The notes under the pieces are model-generated. The model was not told the DNA's origin. It saw nothing but the letters and a program-made list of their open reading frames with translations, and made no database searches. Of a stretch of 64,000 nt of DNA, positions 18,207 through 28,834 are shown in pieces. This DNA comes from an uncultured Gammaproteobacteria bacterium (GTDB lineage Bacteria > Patescibacteriota > Patescibacteriia > CAZGFX01), in contig CAZGFX010000002.1 in the NCBI GenBank assembly GCA_964524845.1, positions 6,440-70,439 of the forward strand. Direction: 5' to 3'. Each line of letters starts with the position of its first letter. Positions within the stretch are counted from its first letter, which is position 1. Both the position numbers and the translations under genes were made by a program.

Positions 18207-18713
18207 ATGGGGATAGAAAACAAAGACAACAATGATTATATTAAGAAATATGAGAAATATACTGATCTAATAAAAACAATGGAGGGAATTGACAGCATTC
18301 CATCAGTAGATGATTTAAAAAAAGAGGTTGAAGAATTAAAAGAACAACTTAAACAACTAGACAAAGAAATGTCTGAAATTAATACTAAATATGATGATGA
18401 TATAAATAAAATTGAAAAAGATAAAAAAGAAACTTTAAAGTTATTAAATATTACAGAAGAAGACTTACTAAAAAGTGAAGATGAGGAGCTTAAGGAGGCA
18501 AAAGAAATTATTTTAGAAAACGAAAAGAATATAGAAGATCTTAAAACAAATAAACAAACAACAATAGATCTTTTTATTGAGTCGCTAAATATTGAAAACG
18601 TTAAAACAAGGGGAGATTTAGTAATAAGACTTGAAAACAAACAAACAGAGCTTATTAATCGTACTATAAAAAGAAATTCAGACGACGATGAGAGAACAGG
18701 TACGGATAATTAA
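18207..18713 (+). CDS. Hypothetical acidic coiled-coil protein (168 aa)
   Basis: E/K-rich heptad sequence. A hairpin terminator follows at about 18733-18760. Confidence 0.5.
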   Translation: MGIENKDNNDYIKKYEKYTDLIKTMEGIDSIPSVDDLKKEVEELKEQLKQLDKEMSEINTKYDDDINKIEKDKKETLKLLNITEEDLLKSEDEELKEAKEIILENEKNIEDLKTNKQTTIDLFIESLNIENVKTRGDLVIRLENKQTELINRTIKRNSDDDERTGTDN

Positions 18714-18878
18714 TTGTTATAAATCAAAAAAATCTCGCTACTGGCGAGGTTTTTTTGTTTATCAATCAAAGGATTATAAGCATTATCCAGTTCGTGTGAC
18801 TTTGGTTGATTTGTTTTTAGTCGTATTTCTGTAAATAAAAAAGCAGGTCGTTTATGACCTGCTGATAATTTATCTTAT

Positions 18879-19265
18879 CTACCAGTTTATAATCGCTAGG
18901 TTTTGAGCGGGCCTAGCTGTCATTACCCTCAGATAGTCGCCGTAGCAACTTCTTAAAAGAAGACTTGTGAAGTCTGCCTTCTTTCTTACAAATTCTACAG
19001 AATATTCATATCTGTCGCCGTTTTTTCTCTTCGATATGATTACTGCCCTCTGTAGATTTAACAACGATATTGACGATCCAGGTATCAGATATAAATTTTT
19101 ATCTAGATACCCGAAAATTCTGTCTCCGTGATTTGCCCAGACCGTGTCGCCAACGGACCAGACTCGATTATAATTTAAGTTATAATCGAACTTTTCTTGA
19201 GAGAAAATGCTCTGTTGTGCGACAAAACACATAAACAGAATGACAAACAACGTTAACGCCTTCAT
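18879..19265 (-). CDS. Hypothetical secreted protein (128 aa)
   Basis: N-terminal signal peptide MKALTLFVILFMCFVAQQSIFSQ. A hairpin terminator (agcaggtc/gacctgct) lies downstream at about 18838-18870. Confidence 0.5.
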   Translation of the reverse strand: MKALTLFVILFMCFVAQQSIFSQEKFDYNLNYNRVWSVGDTVWANHGDRIFGYLDKNLYLIPGSSISLLNLQRAVIISKRKNGDRYEYSVEFVRKKADFTSLLLRSCYGDYLRVMTARPAQNLAIINW

Positions 19266-19395
19266 TTCAAACTCCTTTGTTTTTTGTTGTTTTTTAGGTT
19301 TTTATCACATTAATTATACACCTGTCGCACGTATTTGTCAATAGCTTAAAAAGAAGCGAAATGATACAATAAAAGCCGATTTTGCTTATTATTTT

Positions 19396-20958
19396 ATGCA
19401 ATTAGAGACGATTATAGGGCTTGAGGTTCATATACAGGCAAAAACAGTATCAAAAATGTTTTGCTCTTGTGATAATGACGCAGAAGGTAAGGAGCCAAAC
19501 ACACTTGTGTGTCCTGTTTGTATGGGACATCCTGGTACTCTTCCAGCCATTAATAAACGTGCCGTAGAGTTTTCTGTTCTGATTGGTCTTGGACTTGGGT
19601 GTAAGATAAACGTTTTTTCTAGATTTGATAGAAAGAATTATTTTTATCCAGATTTATCAAAAGGATATCAGATTACACAACATGTCATTCCTGTCGCAGA
19701 AGAAGGAGGTATTTCTTTTTTTGTTCCAAACGACAAGAAAGGAAGCAAAGAAGATGGATATAGAAAACACATACGTATAGAACGAGTTCAGCTCGAGGAA
19801 GATACGGCAAAATCTCAATATGAAGCAGATGGAAGTATTTCTCTTGATTTTAATAGAGCCGGATCTCCTCTTTTTGAAATTGTTACAAAACCAGATTTTT
19901 CCACTCCTTATGAAGCAAAAATATTTTTGCAAGAACTTCGGATGCTTGCTAGATATCTTGGAGTTTCTGATGCAGACATGGAGAAAGGTATGCTTCGATG
20001 TGACGCAAATATATCTTTAAGACCAAAAGGTGATTCGAAATTATATCCAAAAGTCGAAGTTAAAAATATTAATTCTTTTAAATCTGTTGAAAGAGCACTA
20101 GAGTATGAAATTAATAGGCAGAGCGAACTTTGGGAAAAAGGAGAGGTACCGACAGTATCAGCAACAAGAACCTGGAATGATATAAAGGGAGAAACGCGCG
20201 AGATGAGAACTAAAGAATCTTATGCTGATTACAGATATTTCCTTGAACCAGATGTCGTGCCACTAATAATTAAAGGAGGACAAGGTGTTCTTCCTGATGG
20301 CTTTTCTATTGATGATACATTTGATCTTTCTTCGTTGAAACTTAAATTAGTAGAGCTTCCTTGGCTTATGAGAGATCGTTTTATTGATGAATATGGTCTT
20401 TCTAGAGAGCAGGCTGATAGTATTGTAGAAGACAAGAATTTGGCATTCTTTTTTGAAAAAGTCGTATCAGAAACGCGAGAGTGGCTTGCTGAAAATGGAA
20501 ATATAATTCCAGGTGATTCATCAAAAGAAAAAACAGCATATGTTGCAAAAACTTCATATGGTTTTATTGCAAACACATTACTTCGTATGTGCGCGCGTGA
20601 TGGTTGTTCTGTTTCGGACATGAAATGTAGTGCGGAGGATTTTGCGGAATTGATTACAATCTTTTTTGAAAACAAGATAAATAGTACAGCAGTACAAAAA
20701 GTATTAGAAGATATGTTTGTAACAGGTGTCGACCCTCATGTAATAATAGACAAACTAGACCTGACTCAAACAGATGATTCGGAAGAAATTCGTAGAGTCG
20801 TACGTGTTGTTATTGAAAGAAATTCAGACGAGACAAAACGTTATAAAGAAGGTAAAAAAGAATTAATACAATTTTTTGTTGGAAAGGTTATGCAAGAAAC
20901 AAAAGGTAAGGCAAATCCTGATTTAGCAAGAAAAACATTAGAAGAAGAATTGTCATAA
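19396..20958 (+). CDS. gatB: Asp-tRNA(Asn)/Glu-tRNA(Gln) amidotransferase subunit B
   Basis: N-terminus ETIIGLEVHIQ and YRYFLEPD motifs, with a C-terminal YqeY-like tail (KVMQETKGKANPDLARKTLEEEL). Confidence 0.92.
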   Translation: MQLETIIGLEVHIQAKTVSKMFCSCDNDAEGKEPNTLVCPVCMGHPGTLPAINKRAVEFSVLIGLGLGCKINVFSRFDRKNYFYPDLSKGYQITQHVIPVAEEGGISFFVPNDKKGSKEDGYRKHIRIERVQLEEDTAKSQYEADGSISLDFNRAGSPLFEIVTKPDFSTPYEAKIFLQELRMLARYLGVSDADMEKGMLRCDANISLRPKGDSKLYPKVEVKNINSFKSVERALEYEINRQSELWEKGEVPTVSATRTWNDIKGETREMRTKESYADYRYFLEPDVVPLIIKGGQGVLPDGFSIDDTFDLSSLKLKLVELPWLMRDRFIDEYGLSREQADSIVEDKNLAFFFEKVVSETREWLAENGNIIPGDSSKEKTAYVAKTSYGFIANTLLRMCARDGCSVSDMKCSAEDFAELITIFFENKINSTAVQKVLEDMFVTGVDPHVIIDKLDLTQTDDSEEIRRVVRVVIERNSDETKRYKEGKKELIQFFVGKVMQETKGKANPDLARKTLEEELS

Positions 20959-20961
20959 AAA

Positions 20962-23733
20962 ATGATGTTGTTTGATCAAGAAAAAGCGATTAATGATATA
21001 GAAAAAATATCTTTTAATATCGAGTCATTCACACTTCCAAATGGTTTGCGGGTTGTTCTTCGTAATTCTGAAAAAATTCCAGCAATAGCGGTCGCAGTTA
21101 TGTATCATGTTGGAGCATCTAGAGAAACCAAGGGGAAGACCGGTCTTGCTCATTTATTTGAGCATATGATGTTTCAGAACTCAGAACATATTAAGGAGGG
21201 AGATTTTTTTAGAATTATCAAAGAAAACGGTGGGGAGTTGAACGGAGGAACATGGCAGGATGGAACAATGTATTATGAAATTGTTCCTCAAAACATGCTT
21301 GAAAAGGTCTTGTGGCTTGAGTCAGATCGTATGGGTTACCTTCTCAATGCTATTACACACGATTCGCTCGCAAATGAAATCAATGTTGTTTTAAATGAAA
21401 AACGACAGAGATACGACAATCAACCATATGGTTATAAATGGAAAATGATTAATATGGCAGTGTATCCTGAAGATCATCCATATTATATTGATACTATAGG
21501 AGAGCCGGAGGATTTGGTAAAAACTACAGTAGAAGATTTAAAAAAGTTTTTTAAACAATGGTATGGGCCAAACAACGCAGTACTAGTAATAAACGGAAAT
21601 ATAAAAAATATACCTGTCAGAAAACTTGTTGAAAAATATTTTTGTGATATTCCATCAGGATCTGTTGTAACAGCTCCTGATAGTTATGTTCCTTCTTTAA
21701 AAAACGATAAAAAAATGTGTTATCGGGATGCTCGCGTGCAAAATTCTAAACTAATAATAGCATTTCCAACAGTAGAAGAATTTCACAAGGATAGATATTC
21801 ATTGGAAATGCTCGGAGATATATTAGCAAACACAAAATCCTCACCTCTTTATAAGAAACTTGTTGAGGAGCTGAAATTATGTTCAAGTGTATCCGCATAT
21901 CATAACACAGGAGAGATCGCGAGTCTTATATCTATATTTACTCATTTACACGAAGATGCGCAAATACAGGATGTGTATAATGCGATTAAATCAACAATAC
22001 AAAACCTTGTTTTTGATAACCAATCTTTTTTAAATATTCAAAAAACAAAAGCTCGTCTAGAAACATCATTTTATGAAACTCTTGAAAGCAATCTCGAAAT
22101 TGCATACCACATTGCTCGTTCAATGGTGTTTTACAATGACCCGTTGTATTTTAAGAAAGAAATATTGAAATCCATTTCAGTGACAGACACTGATGTACAG
22201 CGTGTTTTTGAAAAATATATTCGTAATTCATATCATGCATGTATTCAAATGGCTCCAGAAGATGAAAGTCGTATGTTTTTAGATGATTCGGTGGTTTTTA
22301 CTCCGGAGAAAGACATAAAGAAAGAAAAAACAAATGATGTAGATGAATTTGAAAAAGAAATATCGGTTTCATCGTTTGACAGATCAAAGGAGCCACAGGC
22401 AGGAGATACTCCTACGCCGTTGATTCCAACCATCAATTCAGAAACACTTAATGAGATGAAGGTGGGATATATTTCAAACAAAACACTTCCAGTTGTTTCT
22501 GCGTGCATACGTATTCCATTCGGGGTTCTTCATGAAACCAAAGAAAACAATGGAACTACCAAGCTGATATCATACATGCTTAAAGATGGAACACTTATTA
22601 AATCAGCGACAGAATTCGAGGACGAGCTTGCGCTTCGCGGTATTACATTGAATTGTAATACAGGCGAGGATTCAATTTATATAAGGATCAACATGCCTTC
22701 TCGTATTATTGATGATGGAGCAGATTTGCTAAAAGAAATGCTAGAGAAACCATTATTAAGCGATTCTTCATTTGAAAAATATCGTGCAAAGAACCTTGCT
22801 TCACTTAATTCAATATATTCATCGAACGATTCAATAGCAGATTATGCTTTTGATATTGCTTTATATGAAGAAGGAAGTCCATCGACATTTCTTTATACAG
22901 GTACAGAGAAGTCATTGGCAAAATTAACAGGCGATTCTGTTCGAAAATATTATAAAGATCATCTGACGGCGCGCGGCGCATCGGTAGCTGTGGCCGGCTA
23001 TGATGCAGAACTGTTCGCTGATAAATTAAGTACTGCACTTTTGTCTATCGATGGCCGCGCGCCGGTGATTCCAGATGTGTTATTCGGAAAAGAAAGGGGA
23101 GACACTTTGTATATTGTTCATGTCCCTGGAAGCGCACAATCTGAAATTCGTATCGGATGTGAAGGGCCTCGTATGACTAATAATGAGTTTTATCCTTTAT
23201 TGGTTGCAAATTATATGCTTGGCGGCGCCATTTCCATTAATAGATTATCAAAAGTTATTCGTGAAGAAAAAGGATATACATACGGAATAAGTAGCAATGT
23301 TGATGGAGGATTGTATGATGGTGTTTTTTCAATAGTAACAGGAGTTCACACGGAAGCGACAGCAGACAGTATTAAAATTATAAAAGACATAGTTTCAAAT
23401 TACGCTGATACACTCACAGATAATGATTATAAAAATACAGTGTCTTCAATACTTCTTTCATATTCTAGAATGTTTGAAACGAACAATGATCTTGTTGGAC
23501 GAGTAAATAAGGTTGTACAATATGGACTATCTCCACAATATACAATTCAAAGAATGGATTTCCTTAAAAAATGCACCAAGGAAGAATTACAAAACGTCTT
23601 TTCAAAATGGATAAAACCCGAAAAATTAGTATATGTAGTGGTTGGTGACAAAGAAAAATACATAAAAGAATTAGAAGGTATGAATTTTAAAAATATTATA
23701 GAGCTTGATAAATATGGGAATAAACTAAAATAA
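20962..23733 (+). CDS. M16 family zinc peptidase (insulinase/pitrilysin-like), double-length with two M16 units
   Basis: Inverted zinc motif HLFEHMMF (HxxEH) plus a downstream E at residue ~140. 923 aa is consistent with a fused active and inactive half. Confidence 0.8.
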   Translation: MMLFDQEKAINDIEKISFNIESFTLPNGLRVVLRNSEKIPAIAVAVMYHVGASRETKGKTGLAHLFEHMMFQNSEHIKEGDFFRIIKENGGELNGGTWQDGTMYYEIVPQNMLEKVLWLESDRMGYLLNAITHDSLANEINVVLNEKRQRYDNQPYGYKWKMINMAVYPEDHPYYIDTIGEPEDLVKTTVEDLKKFFKQWYGPNNAVLVINGNIKNIPVRKLVEKYFCDIPSGSVVTAPDSYVPSLKNDKKMCYRDARVQNSKLIIAFPTVEEFHKDRYSLEMLGDILANTKSSPLYKKLVEELKLCSSVSAYHNTGEIASLISIFTHLHEDAQIQDVYNAIKSTIQNLVFDNQSFLNIQKTKARLETSFYETLESNLEIAYHIARSMVFYNDPLYFKKEILKSISVTDTDVQRVFEKYIRNSYHACIQMAPEDESRMFLDDSVVFTPEKDIKKEKTNDVDEFEKEISVSSFDRSKEPQAGDTPTPLIPTINSETLNEMKVGYISNKTLPVVSACIRIPFGVLHETKENNGTTKLISYMLKDGTLIKSATEFEDELALRGITLNCNTGEDSIYIRINMPSRIIDDGADLLKEMLEKPLLSDSSFEKYRAKNLASLNSIYSSNDSIADYAFDIALYEEGSPSTFLYTGTEKSLAKLTGDSVRKYYKDHLTARGASVAVAGYDAELFADKLSTALLSIDGRAPVIPDVLFGKERGDTLYIVHVPGSAQSEIRIGCEGPRMTNNEFYPLLVANYMLGGAISINRLSKVIREEKGYTYGISSNVDGGLYDGVFSIVTGVHTEATADSIKIIKDIVSNYADTLTDNDYKNTVSSILLSYSRMFETNNDLVGRVNKVVQYGLSPQYTIQRMDFLKKCTKEELQNVFSKWIKPEKLVYVVVGDKEKYIKELEGMNFKNIIELDKYGNKLK

Positions 23734-23805
23734 AAAATACTCCTTCAAAAATATTTTTAGCCAATAAAAAATCTCTTAGTAGTACACTGAGAGATTTTTT
23801 TATTT

Positions 23806-25191
23806 CTAGTATTCCGCGTGACGAGGGTAGCGGGGGAACGGAATAACATCGCGTATATTTCCCATGCCTGTTATGTACATCATCATACGTTCAAATCCGA
23901 GTCCAAATCCAGCATGTGGTATCGTTCCATGTCTTCTTAGATCCAAATACCATTCATATTCATGAGGATCAAGTCCCATTGACTTGATTCTATCAACAAG
24001 TTTGTCATAAACTTCTTCTCTTTGAGATCCGCCTATGATTTCTCCTATTCCAGGGCAAAGAACATCCATAGCGCGTACTGTTTTTCCATCAGCATTAAGC
24101 TTCATATAAAAAGCCTTAATATCTTTTGGATAATCAGTTACTATGACAGGTTTTTTGAAATGTTGTTCTGTGAGATATTTCTCGTGTTCAGATGCGAGAT
24201 CGGTACCCCAAGATACAGGAAATTCAAAAGAAACTCCTTTTGCTTGTTTTGTTAGAATTTCTACTGCCTCCGTGTATGTAATTCGTTCAAATTTATTTTC
24301 TAACGTGTTTTGTAATCTAGACATTAGTTCAGGATCTTGTTTTTCCGTTAAAAACTCGATATCTTCTCTATTATGATCAAAACAGTATTGAATAATATAT
24401 TTTACAAACGATTCAGCAAGATTCATATCATCAACAATATCCCCAAATGCGATTTCTGGTTCGATCATCCAAAATTCAGCAAGGTGTCTAGTTGTGTTTG
24501 AGTTTTCTGCACGAAAACAAGGACCAAACGTATATACATTTCCAAGAGAACAACAAAAAGTCTCTACGTTGAGTTGTCCAGATACTGTAAGTTTGGTATC
24601 CGCGCTGAAAAAATCCTGAGAAACATCAACGGCGCCGTCTTTCTTCGGAATATTATTTAAATCCAACGTTGTTACTCTAAACATTTCGCCAGCTCCTTCG
24701 GTATCAGAAGCTGTAATAATAGGGGTATGCACATAAAGAAAATTATTTTTTTGGAAAAATTCATGTATTGCAAAGGCGACTGCGTTTCTAAGACGAAAGA
24801 CAGCGCCGAATATGTTTGTTCGAACACGCATAGTAGGCATTTCGCGAAGAGTATCAAGAGTCATTGGTTTTGGTTGAATCTTATATCCTTCGCCGACATT
24901 TCCATACAAAACAACGTCTTGTGCTTGAATCTCGTATTTTTGTTTGTTTCCAGGAGAGTCAACAAGAGAACCTGAAATTTTAAGTGACGCACCAGTACAA
25001 AGCGCTGCTATTTCATCATAATTATTAAGTTCTTTTGTGATAACAATCTGAACTCCCTTTGTGTTTGAGCCATCATTGAGTGTTATAAATGAAAATTCTT
25101 TTGAATTTCTTATTGTGCGAACCCATCCTTCGACCGTAATTATTTGTCCGGTCGAGCATTGTGTATCTATGTTCTTAATCAGCGTCTTCAT
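23806..25191 (-). CDS. asnS: Asparaginyl-tRNA synthetase
   Basis: Aligns along its full length, by eye, to E. coli AsnS ([51 protein letters not shown]). The six-frame ORF opens at a TTG at 25227. The first ATG in frame is at 25191, matching the E. coli N-terminus. Confidence 0.92.
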   Translation of the reverse strand: MKTLIKNIDTQCSTGQIITVEGWVRTIRNSKEFSFITLNDGSNTKGVQIVITKELNNYDEIAALCTGASLKISGSLVDSPGNKQKYEIQAQDVVLYGNVGEGYKIQPKPMTLDTLREMPTMRVRTNIFGAVFRLRNAVAFAIHEFFQKNNFLYVHTPIITASDTEGAGEMFRVTTLDLNNIPKKDGAVDVSQDFFSADTKLTVSGQLNVETFCCSLGNVYTFGPCFRAENSNTTRHLAEFWMIEPEIAFGDIVDDMNLAESFVKYIIQYCFDHNREDIEFLTEKQDPELMSRLQNTLENKFERITYTEAVEILTKQAKGVSFEFPVSWGTDLASEHEKYLTEQHFKKPVIVTDYPKDIKAFYMKLNADGKTVRAMDVLCPGIGEIIGGSQREEVYDKLVDRIKSMGLDPHEYEWYLDLRRHGTIPHAGFGLGFERMMMYITGMGNIRDVIPFPRYPRHAEY

Positions 25192-25335
25192 ACATTTATG
25201 AATTATAGTGCGTATAGAATAACACAAAAAAGATCAAATTGTAAGTCAATAAGAAAAATATTCAATAAATATTAAAAAAATAAAAAAGACCTGTAAAAGC
25301 ATGGATACTACAGGTCTTTTGTTTTTAAAAAGGAA

Positions 25336-25827
25336 TTAGTCGGGTCTAATCGGGTCTTTTTTACTGCCTGATAAGAAATTTATCAAATTTGTCAGATCAT
25401 CAACAATGTTCTCTTTTTCAATGTGATAAGAGCAGCCATTTTTCAGGTGTTTTTCTTTTACTGCTTTATCAGTTGTTGTTGAAACAAGTATTGGCAACAT
25501 TTCCGGAGTGTGTTCATAGAATCTGGTGATATAGGGGAGAATGATAGATGAATCAGGATTGAAATCAGGTACGTGTCCATCCATTAAGATCATAAAGATG
25601 TCTTCGGCATTTCTCCACATCGTGTCAAAAAACTTACTTGAATGCGATATTTCAATCGCATTAAATCCTAAATGTCTAAGAACAATTCTTATAAAAGTCA
25701 TGTCTGTTTGACAGTCTTCAATTACAAGAATGCTCTTTTTTTTCTCTTCGGGTCTTGTTTTTTGTTCTGGGCCTGTTTCCGGTGATGTGCCCGCTCGTGT
25801 ATCAGGTCTTTTTTCTTGCTTTTTCAT
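25336..25827 (-). CDS. Stand-alone response-regulator receiver (REC) domain protein with a K/E/P-rich N-terminal tail
   Basis: ILVIED acidic pocket, ILMDGHVPD candidate phospho-acceptor, conserved T (LVSTTTD) and a downstream K. No output domain. Confidence 0.55.
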   Translation of the reverse strand: MKKQEKRPDTRAGTSPETGPEQKTRPEEKKKSILVIEDCQTDMTFIRIVLRHLGFNAIEISHSSKFFDTMWRNAEDIFMILMDGHVPDFNPDSSIILPYITRFYEHTPEMLPILVSTTTDKAVKEKHLKNGCSYHIEKENIVDDLTNLINFLSGSKKDPIRPD

Positions 25828-26143
25828 AATAACACCCTCTCTCTTAGTGTGTTGTTGTTTGTTTAATAAACTGGGTTTTTTGAAGTATTTTTAGTTTCTC
25901 TATTTTTATTAATTTAATTATACAACAAAATAGATTATTTAGCAATTACGTAATGTACTTTTCCACAACCATAATATTTTGTCTAGTGTTAGCCAATTAT
26001 TGAGTTTAATTTTTTTGTTCATGATCAAATTATTATATCCTGAAAGAAATAATATGACTTGTCAATATTTCCTATATCAAAAATTCCAAAAACAAATATG
26101 TTTTTTGTTTTTAATATTAGCCAAAAAGTGATATAATTTTCAC

Positions 26144-27367
26144 ATGTATTATAGACGATCCCATGCAGCATACCCAGTACTTGGTGTTGATATACACGAT
26201 GTCGGATATGCGGATATACTTGCTGTTATTGATGATTATATTGCCTCAAAAAAACAAGGAATCATAGCCACAGTAAACAATGAAATCGTTTTGTGGGCGA
26301 TACGGACTCCTGCTCTTTTTCGCGTACTCAAAAATACCGTGCTCAATGTTCCTGATAGCATAGGCATGTTGATAGGGACTAGATTTTTTGGCTTTCGACT
26401 TAAAAACGGAAGAGTGATTGGAGTCGAGTTAGTTAATAAAATAGCCGAGCACTCTAGAAATAGAAATTATCGAATATTTTTACTTGGAGGATCATCTGAT
26501 GAAAAAATAGGACAAAGAGCTGCCGATGCATTAAAGAAAAGATATAATGCGACAATTGTCGGCACGGATCCGGGACCAGCTCTTTCTGTTGATGGCACAA
26601 TGGATACATCTTATGATTTTGATAAGTTAAAAAATTTAATAGAATCGTCTCGCGCAAATATTCTTCTCGCTGCTTTTGGAGGAGGGCCAAAACAAGAGTT
26701 GTGGCTATCAGATCACATAAAAGATTTTCCAGGAATCGCAATAGGAATAGGAGTTGGTGGAACTTTTGATTATCTATCAGGAAAGGTTCTAAGTGTTCCG
26801 GTTTTTATTAGAAAAATAGGCTTTGAATGGTTATGGAGGCTTTGTACGCAAAAAAAACGCATAAAAAGAGTGTTTAACGCAATATTTATATTTACTACAC
26901 ATCTTGTTTGGTGGAAAATAAGATCAGTTTTATTTTTCAGAAAAGGAATTATAGGCGTTATTGTAAACGATGATAAAAAAATCCTTTTGTGTAAACAGGC
27001 TCGCCCGCCTTTTTGGTGGCAATTAGTGCAAGGAGGGACAGAGGAAGGAGAGGATGTTTCGAGTACTATTCAAAGGGAAATATACGAGGAAATTGGAGTA
27101 AGAGATCAGTGTATTATAAAACAAATGGCCCATGAGGAATTTGCATATTCTTTTGGAATATACGGACGCGCACGATATGGATATCGTGGCCAGAAGAAAC
27201 AAGCTGTTTTGCTACAATGTCCAAATACTGTTAAAATAAGGCTTGATGAGCGTATATTTTCTAATTATATATGGGCATCATATCAACAGGCAATAGACAA
27301 AATTGGTGGAAAAAGAGGGAATGAAGAAAAAAGTATTCGATTGTTTAAAGATTACTTTAATTTATAA
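26144..27367 (+). CDS. WecB/TagA/CpsF-family glycosyltransferase fused to a C-terminal NUDIX hydrolase domain
   Basis: N-terminal 250 aa match the TagA family (FLLGGS..., AAFGGGPKQELW, GIGVGGTFDYLSG, GFEWLWRL). The C-terminus carries a Nudix box GGTEEGEDVSSTIQREIYEEIGV (Gx5Ex7REUxEExGU). Confidence 0.75.
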   Translation: MYYRRSHAAYPVLGVDIHDVGYADILAVIDDYIASKKQGIIATVNNEIVLWAIRTPALFRVLKNTVLNVPDSIGMLIGTRFFGFRLKNGRVIGVELVNKIAEHSRNRNYRIFLLGGSSDEKIGQRAADALKKRYNATIVGTDPGPALSVDGTMDTSYDFDKLKNLIESSRANILLAAFGGGPKQELWLSDHIKDFPGIAIGIGVGGTFDYLSGKVLSVPVFIRKIGFEWLWRLCTQKKRIKRVFNAIFIFTTHLVWWKIRSVLFFRKGIIGVIVNDDKKILLCKQARPPFWWQLVQGGTEEGEDVSSTIQREIYEEIGVRDQCIIKQMAHEEFAYSFGIYGRARYGYRGQKKQAVLLQCPNTVKIRLDERIFSNYIWASYQQAIDKIGGKRGNEEKSIRLFKDYFNL

Positions 27368-27381
27368 ATTAAACAAGAAAT

Positions 27382-28827
27382 ATGAAAAAGATTGTTACGC
27401 GATTCGCAGTATCTCCAACAGGAGAATTTCATATTGGTGGTGCACGCACCGCGTTGTTTAGTTATTTGTTTGCGCGCAGACATAACGGTTCTTTCGTTCT
27501 GCGAATTGATGACACAGATAGAAACAGATATGTAGAAGGATCAATCGATCGTATTAAAGAGGGTTTGTCTTGGATGGGGTTGGAATGGGACAAGGAACGC
27601 ACACAATCAGATTATACGGATCATTATAGAGAATGCGCTGAAGAATTGGTAAGAAAAGGACACGCATATTATTGTTTTTGTTCTCATGAACGTTTAGAAA
27701 AAATGAGAGCGTTTCAGGAACAAAATGGATTTCCTCAGAAATACGATCGAACTTGTCTTCGTTATACACCGGAGGAAGTACAAAAATTAAAAGATGAGAA
27801 AACCCCTTTTGTAATTCGCATGAAAATTCCAGATGACGAGATAATTGAATTTAATGATGAGATAAAAGGAGATGTGAAAATTCCTTCTTATACGCTCGAT
27901 GATCAAATTCTTATAAAAAATGATGGCTTTGCAACATACCATCTCGCAAACGTTATTGATGATCATGAGCTTGGAATTACTCATGTTGTTCGAGGCGATG
28001 AGTGGGTTCCTTCTACTCCGAAGCATATTCTTCTCTACAGATATTTTGGATGGGAACCACCGTCTCATGCTCATTTACCACTTATTCTCCGTGCAGGAGG
28101 AGGAAAAATAAGTAAGAGAAAAGATGGGGATATTGTATGGGTGGAAACATATAGAAAGAAGGGTTATGCCAGAGATGCTTTTATTAATTTTCTTGCGTTT
28201 CTTGGTTGGAATGATGGAACAGACAATGAAATTTTTAGTCACGATGAATTAATTAAATCGTTCGATCTTTCTCGTATTCAAAAAGCCGGGGCTATTTTCA
28301 ATATAGAAAAACTGAATTGGTATTCCGGATATTATATTCGTGAATATGCGAAAGAAAAAGATCTTTCTAATAATGAATTTTATCGTAATTGGGAGAAGGC
28401 ACTTCGTGCTCGCCACTCTGATATTTTGTTTGATTGTGAGAAGGCTTTTAAATTTATTTATTCTGAACGCATCGCATGTATAGATGATTCTTTTTCAGAT
28501 GAATTTAATTACCTGTTTTCCGATCCTGTTTTAACGGGAGAACAACTTGTATTTAAAAAATCATCTCTAGAGAATACAAAAAAAGGTTTTGCATGCGTTA
28601 TCGAGTTTTTGAAAAATTACAAAGGGTCTTGGAATGATCCCGTTGTTCTGCATGATTTATGCGCCGCGCTCGTTGTAGAGAAGGGTTTTTCTCTTGGCGA
28701 TGCTTTGTGGCCGTGGAGAGTTTCGTTAACAGGAAAAGACAAGAGTCCGAGCGCGGCGCATGTAGCCGTAGTTATTGGTAAAGAAGCGACTCTTCATCGT
28801 GTTGAAAATGCATTTTTAAAACTATAG
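27382..28827 (+). CDS. gltX: Glutamyl-tRNA synthetase
   Basis: SPTGEFHIGGART (HIGH) and KISKR (KMSKS) class I motifs. 481 aa with a GluRS-like overall pattern. Confidence 0.9.
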   Translation: MKKIVTRFAVSPTGEFHIGGARTALFSYLFARRHNGSFVLRIDDTDRNRYVEGSIDRIKEGLSWMGLEWDKERTQSDYTDHYRECAEELVRKGHAYYCFCSHERLEKMRAFQEQNGFPQKYDRTCLRYTPEEVQKLKDEKTPFVIRMKIPDDEIIEFNDEIKGDVKIPSYTLDDQILIKNDGFATYHLANVIDDHELGITHVVRGDEWVPSTPKHILLYRYFGWEPPSHAHLPLILRAGGGKISKRKDGDIVWVETYRKKGYARDAFINFLAFLGWNDGTDNEIFSHDELIKSFDLSRIQKAGAIFNIEKLNWYSGYYIREYAKEKDLSNNEFYRNWEKALRARHSDILFDCEKAFKFIYSERIACIDDSFSDEFNYLFSDPVLTGEQLVFKKSSLENTKKGFACVIEFLKNYKGSWNDPVVLHDLCAALVVEKGFSLGDALWPWRVSLTGKDKSPSAAHVAVVIGKEATLHRVENAFLKL

Positions 28828-28834
28828 AAACACC

